64,000 nt of DNA from Patescibacteria group bacterium (GTDB lineage: Bacteria > Patescibacteriota > CPR2 > UBA1875 > CAIMLA01): NCBI GenBank assembly GCA_041738615.1, contig JBGSPL010000001.1, positions 92,071 through 156,070 on the forward strand, written 5' to 3'. Each line of letters begins with the position of its first letter. Position 1 is the first letter of the stretch. The notes under the pieces were generated by a model. That model had not been told where the DNA came from and ran no database searches. It saw nothing but the letters and a program-made list of their open reading frames with translations. Positions 8,895-17,325 of this stretch are shown here, piece after piece. The position numbers and the translations under genes were made by a program.

Positions 8895-9977
8895 TTATTC
8901 CCTCCCGTTAGATACAGTATACGTTGCTCTCGCTACCCTTTTGAAGCGCTTTTTTTGTAGGTTTAGTAAAATAGTTGTTTCTTTTACCATGCGACGCTTG
9001 AGAACCTCAACAATAATGTCGTCCTTGTGCATTGGTCGCCCTGCTTCTACGAGGACAGTTTCGATCACTTCCTCGACCACGCCAGAGGCGTATCCCCACT
9101 CAGAGAGTGCGTAGATACCGCGACCGATCAGGACGAAGCGCTCATCACGAATCAGCTCGTTGTGAACGGCTTGCTTTGTCACATGCTTCTCTTTGCCACC
9201 AAAATTCTGGATATGATCGGCGATGGCTGTATAGTGCAGGGGCTTACTATGTTTCTTTAGAATGTAATAAGTCTTGTCCTTGATGCTCTTGGGGTTGATG
9301 TCACGCCAATGAGAAAGACCTAGATGACCAGACTCGGTACGCAGGATAACCTTGCTGATAGCAACGATAGCAACTATCGTCTTGGGCTCTAGTTCTTGGA
9401 CTACCTTGCGGATCTTGGCAACTAGCGATTTTTCCTCGACAGGTTTATCTTCGCTCTTAAGTATTGCAACTGCTTCCTTTAGGACCTTGTCGACTATCGT
9501 AGCTGTGATTGGCTCCGTGAAGTAGCTGCGATGCGCGTGATTGCTCTCGGTATATAGTGAGATATCACTTGAACAAGCGACGATAAAACTGAGCTGATGC
9601 TTTGCCTTGGCACTAGCGTTCTCCCCGAGGATACTATTGTCTAGAGTGGTGGCACGGACTACCCCGCCCTCGCTCTTTATAGCGCCGAGGATTACGGAAG
9701 AGATCTCCTGACCCCTCATGTCAGTAGAGACAAAGTCAGAGAGCTTCTTCAGGGTATTCTTCTCAATCTGGCGAACACGCTCTCGAGTAATTCCGAGCGC
9801 CTTCCCTATTTCTTCTAAAGTTTTTAGTTTGGCTCCAGAGAGCCCAAAGCGATCAGTGATAACTTCTTGGTCACGCTCTTTTTTTAGCTTTGGAGCAGCA
9901 AAAATAAACTCAACTTCTGCATTTACGTCGAGTTTTTGGCCTTTCATATTTGTATTTTGTGGGTTTGCTGTTTTCAT
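8895..9977 (-). CDS. DNA-binding protein: sigma-70 region-4 helix-turn-helix (N-terminal) plus HARE-HTH winged helix (C-terminal)
   Basis: 360-aa protein. The N-terminal segment [37 protein letters not shown] is a canonical sigma region 4.2 HTH. The C-terminal ..[17 protein letters not shown].. matches the HARE-HTH signature (compare B. subtilis RpoE delta GRFLALSDQTWGLRSW). Its stop abuts the start of the coupling-protein gene, consistent with one operon. Confidence 0.6.
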   Translation of the reverse strand: MKTANPQNTNMKGQKLDVNAEVEFIFAAPKLKKERDQEVITDRFGLSGAKLKTLEEIGKALGITRERVRQIEKNTLKKLSDFVSTDMRGQEISSVILGAIKSEGGVVRATTLDNSILGENASAKAKHQLSFIVACSSDISLYTESNHAHRSYFTEPITATIVDKVLKEAVAILKSEDKPVEEKSLVAKIRKVVQELEPKTIVAIVAISKVILRTESGHLGLSHWRDINPKSIKDKTYYILKKHSKPLHYTAIADHIQNFGGKEKHVTKQAVHNELIRDERFVLIGRGIYALSEWGYASGVVEEVIETVLVEAGRPMHKDDIIVEVLKRRMVKETTILLNLQKKRFKRVARATYTVSNGRE

Positions 9978-10053
9978 TTACAGTGCAATTATAGCACAAA
10001 AGACGCAATGCGTCAACGATTTTATAACACATTTATTCTATGCATTTTCTCAT

Positions 10054-10079
10054 GTCATTCCTGGTCGTAAGCCAGGAAC
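10054..10079 (+). repeat. hairpin repeat (gtcattcctggtcgtaagccaggaac)
   Basis: 7-bp stem (ttcctgg/ccaggaa) with a GTCATTCC lead. Nearly identical to the reverse complement of 25267-25293. Confidence 0.7.
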
Positions 10080-10112
10080 CCAAACTTTGCCTTGCTAAAG
10101 CAAGGCGCTCTC

Positions 10113-10136
10113 GATACTTTTGTCCATAGTCACAAA
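10113..10136 (+). repeat. direct repeat A, copy 2 (gatacttttgtccAtagtcacaaa)
   Basis: 23/24 identical to 4488-4511. Confidence 0.8.
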
Positions 10137-10242
10137 AGTATCCAAAAAGACACTTTAAATGCGGCGGTCTGCTGACCTTCGCAGTAGGTATTCGTCAATG
10201 TTTTATCTCTATCATAAAGCCATCAAGGCAGACACATCCATA

Positions 10243-10280
10243 AGAACTATACGTCATTGCGAGCGAGCCGCGGCAATCTC
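10243..10280 (+). repeat. direct repeat B, copy 2
   Basis: Matches 4686-4729, including the flanking aagaact. Confidence 0.7.
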
Positions 10281-10311
10281 TTCCCCCGCCATTTCAGCAT
10301 GGGCGGGAATC

Positions 10312-11034
10312 TTATCCCGCAAGGATTGTAGCTAGAAATATGACGGCCATACCGACTACGGTCATGATGGATGTCCATATGGCTGGATGTCGGTGGTGAC
10401 TCTCTGGTATGAGGTCACTGGCGCTAATATATAGATATAGGCCGATAAATACGGAGAGGATAAGTCCAAGGGTTGGCTCAGAGACGGTAAAGAAAAATGC
10501 CGCCGTAACACCTAGGGCTGGAGCTATAGCTACGGCCGCAAGCCACCTTAGGGTTTCCTTTCGGTCGCTCTCTTTGTTGAAAATCATACTTACAGTATTG
10601 ATTCCATCTGAAAAATCATGAGAAAGAACGGCTAATGCGACCACCCAACCGACGGTTGGTGAAACTTGGAATGCTAAACCGATACCAAGACCATCGAGAA
10701 AACCGTGGAGGATGAGGGCCGAGGCACCAAGCTTTCTATTGTGAGCCGGATTTTCACATTCATGGTCTTCAGAGTGTGCATGGATAGAGAAAAATCGGTC
10801 CAGAAGCATGAATATAGAGAAACCAACCGCGATAAGAACAGTTACAAGCTCTATGCTGTATCTGTCCTTTGTCAGATTCAGTGCTTCCGGCAGCAGATCA
10901 AAAAGTGCTACTCCGAGTACCGTACCGGCGCTGAACCCCAGGATCAGGTGGAGCTTGTCTTTTAGCTTAATCGCAAAGAGCCCACCTAGAGTGGTGCTGA
11001 CGATCGCTGCAATAGTAATGATAAATATAATCAT
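10312..11034 (-). CDS. ZIP-family divalent metal (Zn/Fe) transporter
   Basis: 240-aa protein with 8 TM helices, His-rich loop (HAHSEDHECENPAHNRK) and HGFLDGLGIGLAFQ / LSHDFSDGINT motifs typical of ZupT/ZIP. Confidence 0.8.
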   Translation of the reverse strand: MIIFIITIAAIVSTTLGGLFAIKLKDKLHLILGFSAGTVLGVALFDLLPEALNLTKDRYSIELVTVLIAVGFSIFMLLDRFFSIHAHSEDHECENPAHNRKLGASALILHGFLDGLGIGLAFQVSPTVGWVVALAVLSHDFSDGINTVSMIFNKESDRKETLRWLAAVAIAPALGVTAAFFFTVSEPTLGLILSVFIGLYLYISASDLIPESHHRHPAIWTSIMTVVGMAVIFLATILAG

Positions 11035-11103
11035 AGTTTTTTCTTCGCTGATGTTTCGTTCATGGCTTTATTCTACTCCCGTTTTGTGCTTAGGGCAAGG
11101 CAA

Positions 11104-11185
11104 TGAGAAGCGCCCCGGAGGGCGCTCTCGAGATGAGAACGTCCTACGGGGCGTGTGGTTAGCGCGGCTGGTAGGCGCTAGAAGA
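11104..11185 (+). repeat. about 80-bp gene-end repeat, copy 1 (contains palindrome gcgccc-cgga-gggcgc)
   Basis: Aligns with 11786-11868 (4 mismatches over 52 bp, then a degenerate tail). The stop codon of ORF 11178..11717 falls inside it. Confidence 0.8.
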
Positions 11186-11717
11186 AGGTCTTCGCGATAC
11201 GCGGATCGACCTTTCGAGATTCGTCGATACCTCCGAAGTGGGGATTCTCTATTGTGGCCTGATAAGCACCCCAGAGCCTGTTCCCTTCTTCTTCGGTGAT
11301 GCTGACGATGATGTCGCTGGCACTGTAGCCCACTCTACCTATCGTAGTCTTGAATGAGCAGGTTGCGTACCAGACGTCAGTGGTCGGGTAATTCTCCCTT
11401 TCATTGCCAGTGTCATCTATCCGGCTGTAGGCCGGAACGTGGGCTATCTGTTCTACCCGCAGGTGGGTTTCTCGCTTCAACGCTTCGGTGGCATATGCCA
11501 CCGACTTATCGAGTACTTTCTGTGCCCACCGGTTGAAGGCCTTTGCGACTCCCTTCCAGAAGTAGTTTGCCACCACGATCATGCAGATCATGGCGATGAC
11601 GATGAAAGCTGCTTTCGGTGTGAACACGGTTCGACCTCCAGTCGGTCCGAGGATGCTAACAAAGGCACCTGCTGATTTGCTCGGAGATATAATAACATAA
11701 TATTCCAATATAGTCAA
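11178..11717 (-). CDS. hypothetical protein with one predicted TM helix (GC-rich island)
   Basis: 179-aa ORF with a TM segment (AAFIVIAMICMIVVANYFW) and no recognisable domain. GC content well above the window background. Confidence 0.4.
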   Translation of the reverse strand: MTILEYYVIISPSKSAGAFVSILGPTGGRTVFTPKAAFIVIAMICMIVVANYFWKGVAKAFNRWAQKVLDKSVAYATEALKRETHLRVEQIAHVPAYSRIDDTGNERENYPTTDVWYATCSFKTTIGRVGYSASDIIVSITEEEGNRLWGAYQATIENPHFGGIDESRKVDPRIAKTFF

Positions 11718-11785
11718 TACAAAGTAGGCCGCAGCTGCATTGGGCTTCTATCCAGCACGACATGAGTACTTGTGTCGAGATTACC

Positions 11786-11868
11786 ATGAAAAGCGCCCCG
11801 TAGGGCGCTCTCGTGATGAGAACGTCCTACGGGGCGTGATGTGGCCCGGACTTCTAGGCGAAATCCAT
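11786..11868 (+). repeat. about 80-bp gene-end repeat, copy 2 (palindrome gcgccc-cgta-gggcgc)
   Basis: See copy 1. The stop codon of ORF 11854..12231 falls inside it. The stem is preserved while the loop differs. Confidence 0.8.
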
Positions 11869-12231
11869 GGCTTCTTGGTTGTCTCCACTGGCATGCAGAA
11901 TGCGCATCAGGTTTGCGACCATTCCGGTCTCCGGGAACCCCTTCGGCTGGAAGGGACCTTTGGGCCGCAGGTCCGGAGGGAGCTCGTGCGGACCGCTGGT
12001 GTCCTTGCGGACGGTAGGACCGAGAGCTTCCCCACCGATAGCGATGGTAGGGACGATCCGATGTCTCTCGGCAAGGCTGCGACGCTTTTCTTTCCGTGCG
12101 TCGCGACGCGCCTCGGCCGCAAGGTGTTCCCGCCTAGCAGCAGCTACGAAAACCTGCTCGAGCTGTTCCACCGATTTGGCCGGATTCCGATTACTCGGGT
12201 GTCTCGCCTTATTGCGGTTCTTCTTCGTCAC
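11854..12231 (-). CDS. hypothetical basic protein (GC-rich island)
   Basis: 125-aa ORF with a Lys/Arg-rich N-terminus (MTKKNRNKARHPSNRNPAK). GC-rich. Competing overlapping ORFs exist on both strands, so coding status is uncertain. Confidence 0.35.
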   Translation of the reverse strand: MTKKNRNKARHPSNRNPAKSVEQLEQVFVAAARREHLAAEARRDARKEKRRSLAERHRIVPTIAIGGEALGPTVRKDTSGPHELPPDLRPKGPFQPKGFPETGMVANLMRILHASGDNQEAMDFA

Positions 12232-12253
12232 AGCTATACCCCCTCGGTAGAGC

Positions 12254-12631
12254 TTACGATGTCGTGTCGGTAGTCCAGACGCCGATTCCCTTGTTCTTGG
12301 CGTACCAGACCGGCTGGCCAGTGGCCTCAGGCAGCTCGCTCGAGCGAACTAGGCTCCAACGCTCGTTGCCGTTTTTGGCGACTCGACAGTAGGCACTGAC
12401 GTTCACCGAGATGCGGCCGGTCTCATCGGACTGGATGATTGCCACCCTCTCGTTCACGGAAACCAAGGTACCCTCGATGAGGATCAGGTTGTCCTTGTGA
12501 TGGCGGGCCGGCTGCCGACCATGTTGGCTCGCGGGCTCTGCCAGTACTACCTCGGTCTTCGCTGAATCACGCTTGCCGGGGACACTAGATACCCAGCCTT
12601 GGTGCTTTCCCACGAGGAACCTCCTACACAT
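12254..12631 (-). CDS. hypothetical protein (GC-rich island)
   Basis: 125-aa ORF lying 22 bp upstream of the previous one on the same strand. No domain recognised. Confidence 0.35.
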   Translation of the reverse strand: MCRRFLVGKHQGWVSSVPGKRDSAKTEVVLAEPASQHGRQPARHHKDNLILIEGTLVSVNERVAIIQSDETGRISVNVSAYCRVAKNGNERWSLVRSSELPEATGQPVWYAKNKGIGVWTTDTTS

Positions 12632-12707
12632 CGGCTACGGTGTAGGTATTATATACAAAAAAGACGTAATTACAAGAGAATATCTATGTTATATCGGCTA
12701 TTATGGC

Positions 12708-12736
12708 TTGACAAAAGTGTTACAGGGTTGTAATAT
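12708..12736 (+). promoter_or_regulatory. sigma-70-type promoter (TTGACA-17-TAATAT)
   Basis: TTGACA at 12708-12713, a 17-nt spacer, and TAATAT at 12731-12736. It lies about 90 nt upstream of ORF 12827 in an AT-rich divergent intergenic region. Confidence 0.6.
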
Positions 12737-12826
12737 CGGAAGCCTTATCTTGCTTCGTTTGTTGGGGCAGGATCACATATACTTCAGTTACATATTTGTC
12801 GGGACGATGCACGGGAAGGGAATCTC

Positions 12827-13153
12827 ATGTGTGCTTCGGGTAAGACGCTCGCGCAGGTCAATGTCGTGGTACCTATCGCAATCCTCGGGGTTAGAAGCAC
12901 CGCGGTGGCCGCTGCAGATGCTTACGCTTTGCAGCAGTCGATGTGGGGCCGTCACGCCGCCGAGTTTGCGAGGGTTCTCGGAGACGAGGTAACATCTGCG
13001 GATGTTGCTATCAGCGTCGAGCCTACCGACTCGTCCACGATCAGCGCTACCGTGAATCACGGGAACGCGTGCAAGTCGCAGCAGCTCGCCGAGTACGTCG
13101 AGGAGGTCCTGACCTTCGGCTTTGGCCGACCGGTAGCGGTTTTCGCCATCTAG
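12827..13153 (+). CDS. hypothetical protein (GC-rich island)
   Basis: 108-aa ORF with a GGGAAGGGAA ribosome-binding site before the ATG and the consensus promoter upstream. No domain recognised. Confidence 0.35.
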   Translation: MCASGKTLAQVNVVVPIAILGVRSTAVAAADAYALQQSMWGRHAAEFARVLGDEVTSADVAISVEPTDSSTISATVNHGNACKSQQLAEYVEEVLTFGFGRPVAVFAI

Positions 13154-13249
13154 ATCGGCCGCGCAGTAGCTATGGAGTATTTGAGACCCGGAACGGAAGG
13201 AACCTGAACTGGTTTATCCGGTTCGGGTCTCTTTCCGTTAAGCTAGATA

Positions 13250-14338
13250 CTATTGTGACTCGTTTTTCTTGGCCATGGCAATAGCTGGGATACCAGCAAG
13301 TTGTACGATACCGCCAACAAGCCAGGCGAATGGTATACTGATTGCTTTGGACATATAGCCAAAACCAAGCTGACCGATAGTTCCCCCACCGTCTGCAAAA
13401 AGTGCATCCAAAGAGATTAGGGTGGCTCTTTCCGATGATGGTATTACACTATTGAACCAGGTAGCCTTTACTGGTCCCAGAATACCAAAAGCAGTTGTTG
13501 CTAGTATGTAAAGACCGACCGCGAGGTAGAAGTCGCCGGCGATAGCGGCCCCGATTATTGCAACGGCTTGTATAAAGATCAGTATTTTAATTAGGCTTGC
13601 ACGCTCTTTTACGATCTCCGTTGCCTTCTTTACCAGTAGGTTGCCTAGTATCTGGGAAAGGCCTATGAGAGCTGCAATGACTCCGGAGACCCATACCAGG
13701 TTTTGATTCAGAAGGTCTAGAAAATATTTTTGCCAAGAGTAGAAGCCGTAGATGAAGAAGAGGCTTTGCGCGAAGGTGGCAAACATGAGGTAGCGTGCCG
13801 TTTTGTTTTGCAAACCATATTGTGTCCCGACCCTTGCTATCCTGGCAGTCTCAGCTCCGAATTGTGATATTTGGAATTTTTTTGGAGTAAATCCGATATC
13901 TTTCATAAAGAAGAGGCCTAGCAAAAAGGCTGGTATGAGGAGTACGGCTCGTGCTATATAAGGCAATACTAGCTGATATTGCCCAAGCAAGCCCCCCGCG
14001 ACAGTACCAAGTAGCATGGAGATACCAAATACTACACCAGCACGGGCAAAGATTATTTCGATTTTGCCTTTGTAGTCTATCGATTTCAGGGCGTCTATCA
14101 TCCAAGCGTCTACCGCTCCTGTGTAGAAGGTAAAGCCAAGCCCTAGTAGGACTGATGATAGCATAAAGAGTAGAATTCCCCCGTGGACGAACCCAACATA
14201 ACCATACAAGAGAGTGGAGATAAGTATGATGGCAACCGAAAGGAGGTATGAGGTTCGCCGTCCTAGCGTATCTGCCACGACTCCGGTAGGAACCTCGAAA
14301 ACTACCTGGCCTGCGGTAAACGCCGCATTTATAATCAT
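13250..14338 (-). CDS. MFS transporter
   Basis: 362-aa protein with about 12 TM helices. The N-terminal motif VADTLGRRTSYLL (MFS motif A, G-R-R) is present. Confidence 0.8.
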   Translation of the reverse strand: MIINAAFTAGQVVFEVPTGVVADTLGRRTSYLLSVAIILISTLLYGYVGFVHGGILLFMLSSVLLGLGFTFYTGAVDAWMIDALKSIDYKGKIEIIFARAGVVFGISMLLGTVAGGLLGQYQLVLPYIARAVLLIPAFLLGLFFMKDIGFTPKKFQISQFGAETARIARVGTQYGLQNKTARYLMFATFAQSLFFIYGFYSWQKYFLDLLNQNLVWVSGVIAALIGLSQILGNLLVKKATEIVKERASLIKILIFIQAVAIIGAAIAGDFYLAVGLYILATTAFGILGPVKATWFNSVIPSSERATLISLDALFADGGGTIGQLGFGYMSKAISIPFAWLVGGIVQLAGIPAIAMAKKNESQ

Positions 14339-14373
14339 ATCATGTCTACTTTCGTTTATTGCGCGGATCGCAG

Positions 14374-15120
14374 TTATTTATACAGATCTTGGTAATTTAG
14401 CCAACCTGCAAGTTCTCTCTGATTTTGGACGTAACCACGGCATTCTATACCACTGCCGATGTGGATGCCCAGATGTAGGTGCTTTCTTTCTCCTGCGGTC
14501 TGGGTGCTGTATCCAGCACCAAGATTTGCAACGAAATCTCCCCGTACAACGGTATCGCCATTTGAAAATGTAGCGGATGTGACATCAACGTGGCCATATA
14601 GTACAGTTACTACCTGCTCTGAAATAGTACAGCCTAGTATTACAACCCCTCCGTAACCGTCTACAATCCCTTTGTATCTGACAGTTCCATCACAGATGGC
14701 TTTTGTTGGTATGGGTGTGTTCGCTTCTGATATGGTGGCTTCGAAATCCGTCCCTGTATGAAAGCCAGTAAACTTCTCAGGCTGGACAAGAGATTTAGCC
14801 GGGGTGACGTATGTGCCAAAAAGTTTTTTTGTAATCCGGGAGACGGGGTTGTCTATGGGCTCAGATACGGTCTTAATCTCGGCCGGTTTCACAATGGGTA
14901 AGCTCTTCTCCTTGGAAAAAGTCTTGCCATTCACCACGCACTTCGACGGATTTGAATTTTGTACCTGCAGACCAGCGGCAACGCATCCGTCATAGCTGCC
15001 TATCTGGCTCTTCTTGTAGAGCCCGTATCCGTATATAGCAAGCAGGGCCAATGGTATTACTAGGAGTAGAACCACAGCCCTTTTTATGAAGAAATTGTGA
15101 ATATTATTCCTTAGATCCAT
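14374..15120 (-). CDS. M23-family (LytM-like) peptidoglycan endopeptidase
   Basis: N-terminal TM/signal segment, then HTGTDFEA (HxxxD) and HLHLGIH (HxH) metal-ligand motifs. Confidence 0.75.
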   Translation of the reverse strand: MDLRNNIHNFFIKRAVVLLLVIPLALLAIYGYGLYKKSQIGSYDGCVAAGLQVQNSNPSKCVVNGKTFSKEKSLPIVKPAEIKTVSEPIDNPVSRITKKLFGTYVTPAKSLVQPEKFTGFHTGTDFEATISEANTPIPTKAICDGTVRYKGIVDGYGGVVILGCTISEQVVTVLYGHVDVTSATFSNGDTVVRGDFVANLGAGYSTQTAGERKHLHLGIHIGSGIECRGYVQNQRELAGWLNYQDLYK

Positions 15121-15187
15121 ATGTATATTTTACCACTCATTGATAGGGCTTCATCGGCTAGCTCTAAATTCAAGCTGTAAGATATAG

Positions 15188-16495
15188 CTATTTCTTTATG
15201 TCTCTCAGTCCATCTAACCGTTTTTTAATCTCGGCCTCTCCCCCGTTCTCTGTCGGTTTGTAGTATTTCTTGTCGATTAGCTTTGGGGGTAGGTAGTCTT
15301 GTTTCACGTGATGTCCAGGATAGTCATGAGGGTACTTATACCCAGATGATTTTCCTTGCATTTTATCGAAAGTTGTTGGTGCATTTACAATATGCTTCGG
15401 GACGCCGCTAAAGGCTTCGCTTCGCACGTCTCCAAGGGCCGCATCGATTGCTAGATATGAGGCGTTGGATTTGGGGGCACTGGCCAGATAGGTCACACAC
15501 TGGGCGAGGTTGATGCGGGCCTCTGGGAGGCCAATCTTCGTCACTGCCTCGAAGGTAGCGTTTGCAAGAACTAGTGCCATAGGGGCTGCGTTGCCGATAT
15601 CCTCGGAGGCAAATACTAGCATCCGGCGAGCGATAAATTTGGGATCTTCCCCGCCCTCAATCATGCGCGCTAGCCAGTAGATGGCCGCATCTGGGTCACT
15701 GCCGCGCATCGATTTGATAAATGCAGAGATGATGTCGTAGTGATTTGCCCCACCCTTATAGGCGCTAACAAAACGTTTGCTGAGGGCCTGCTCCACAACT
15801 TCTTGAGTAATTTTGTTGTTCACAAGCTTTGCCTTGGCGGCAATCTCTAGAGAGTTTAGGGCGACGCGAGCATCCCCTGCCGAGAAGGCAGCAAGCTGGT
15901 CCACGGCCTTCTTCTCAATCTTCAGTTTCTGCTCCCCGAGACCGCTGATCTTGTTTTTTAAGGCAAGGGCGATAATGTTGCGAATGTCATCTTCTGTGAG
16001 GGGCTTTAGCTCAAAGAGTTTGGAGCGCGACATGATGGCAGAGTTTATCTCGAATCCTGGGTTCTCGGTAGTAGCGCCGATGAGGACGATAGTGCCATTT
16101 TCGATATGCGGCAAGAAGCCGTCCTGCTGGCTCTTGCTGAAGCGGTGAATTTCGTCCACAAAGAGGACGGTCTTTTGCTGGTAGAGCTCACGTCTTTCGC
16201 GAGCTTCCTTGACCACACGGCGTAGGTCTGCAATCCCACTGGTCACAGCGCTAAACTCCTCGAAGTGGCTCTTGGTCTGGTTTGCGATAATCCTTGCAAG
16301 CGTTGTCTTGCCCGTCCCTGGTGGTCCCCAGAGGATGATGGAACCTAATGTGTCATTCTCTATAAGCTGTCGAAGCAAGGCCCCCTCGCCCACAATCTCC
16401 GCTTGCCCATAGAAATGTGCAAAGTCCGTCGGGCGCATCCTCTCCGCCAGCGGTTTGTGGGCATTGTTATTATCAAAAAGTGATTTTGCAGTCAT
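15188..16495 (-). CDS. rarA: replication-associated recombination protein A (AAA+ ATPase MgsA/RarA)
   Basis: LWGPPGTGKTTLARIIA Walker A, DEIHRF Walker B, and a conserved MgsA C-terminal domain. 435 aa. Confidence 0.9.
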   Translation of the reverse strand: MTAKSLFDNNNAHKPLAERMRPTDFAHFYGQAEIVGEGALLRQLIENDTLGSIILWGPPGTGKTTLARIIANQTKSHFEEFSAVTSGIADLRRVVKEARERRELYQQKTVLFVDEIHRFSKSQQDGFLPHIENGTIVLIGATTENPGFEINSAIMSRSKLFELKPLTEDDIRNIIALALKNKISGLGEQKLKIEKKAVDQLAAFSAGDARVALNSLEIAAKAKLVNNKITQEVVEQALSKRFVSAYKGGANHYDIISAFIKSMRGSDPDAAIYWLARMIEGGEDPKFIARRMLVFASEDIGNAAPMALVLANATFEAVTKIGLPEARINLAQCVTYLASAPKSNASYLAIDAALGDVRSEAFSGVPKHIVNAPTTFDKMQGKSSGYKYPHDYPGHHVKQDYLPPKLIDKKYYKPTENGGEAEIKKRLDGLRDIKK

Positions 16496-16649
16496 AAGCT
16501 CATTCTAGGGGAAAGCTTTCGCTGTTTCAAGTAGACAGCGCCAGTCATGCCCCTCATGAATGTATTGACAAAATGTACTCAATATACTATAATGTTGCAC
16601 GATAAGTTGTACCCGCAAAAGCAAGTTCGAGGTCTCGGGGGGAGACAAA

Positions 16650-17261
16650 ATGAACACCAGTAAGCCTGATCTTCAGCTTGTATTGGCTGCCCGCGAGGGC
16701 GACCAAGACGCTTATGACGAGATATTTCGGCGTTACCGGGGGCTCGTTCGATCCAAGACCCGCAGCTACTTCTTGGTAGGTGCAGACCGCGATGACGTGA
16801 TCCAGGAAGGCAATGTCGGCCTTTGCAAGGCCGTTTGGGACTACTCTCCCGACAAGGGAGCTTCGTTCCACAGTTTTGCCGAGCTTTGCGTGACGCGTCA
16901 GGTCATCACGGCGGTGAAAGGAGCGACTCGCAAGAAGCACCACCCGCTCAACGGATACGTTTCGCTCAGTAGAACGGTTGATCACAACGACGAAGGTGAT
17001 CGTGTTCTGAGCGATGTGCTCACAGGTGATTTTCTCGCATTTTCCGCGGAGGATGTCTGCCTGGCGGCGTTGTCACGAGAGGCGGTGTTCTCGGGACTTG
17101 CAGAGTCTCTAACACCTCTGGAGGCGGGCGTACTTCGTCTCTACCGTGCTGGCCGTACCTATGACCAGATTGGCTTGGAACTCAATGCTCCGCCCAAGCG
17201 GGTAGACAACGCCTTGCAGCGAGCCAAACGCAAGATGGAAGCTCTGATAAGAGCAAACTGA
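16650..17261 (+). CDS. sigma-70-family RNA polymerase sigma factor, SigH-like
   Basis: 203-aa protein with region 2 (DDVIQEGNVGLCKAVWDY) and region 4 (LTPLEAGVLRLYRAGRTYDQIGLEL). The FHSFAELCVTRQVITAVKGATRKKH stretch closely resembles Bacillus SigH. Locally GC-rich. Confidence 0.7.
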   Translation: MNTSKPDLQLVLAAREGDQDAYDEIFRRYRGLVRSKTRSYFLVGADRDDVIQEGNVGLCKAVWDYSPDKGASFHSFAELCVTRQVITAVKGATRKKHHPLNGYVSLSRTVDHNDEGDRVLSDVLTGDFLAFSAEDVCLAALSREAVFSGLAESLTPLEAGVLRLYRAGRTYDQIGLELNAPPKRVDNALQRAKRKMEALIRAN

Positions 17262-17325
17262 CCCACTTCTGAGTGGCTCCGAGAGGACCTACCCGGCAGT
17301 GGGTTCTTTCGTATTTAGAGCTCTA

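Noticed and set aside
10808-12273. ORFs 10808..11299 (+) and 11740..12273 (+) sharing the peptide EKRPGGRSRDENVLRGV
   Set aside because: The similarity is produced by translating the two copies of the 80-bp DNA repeat. They run antisense to better-supported genes and do not represent a paralogous protein family.
16587-16985. ORF 16587..16985 (-)
   Set aside because: It is fully antisense to the SigH-like sigma factor gene, which has clear domain signatures.
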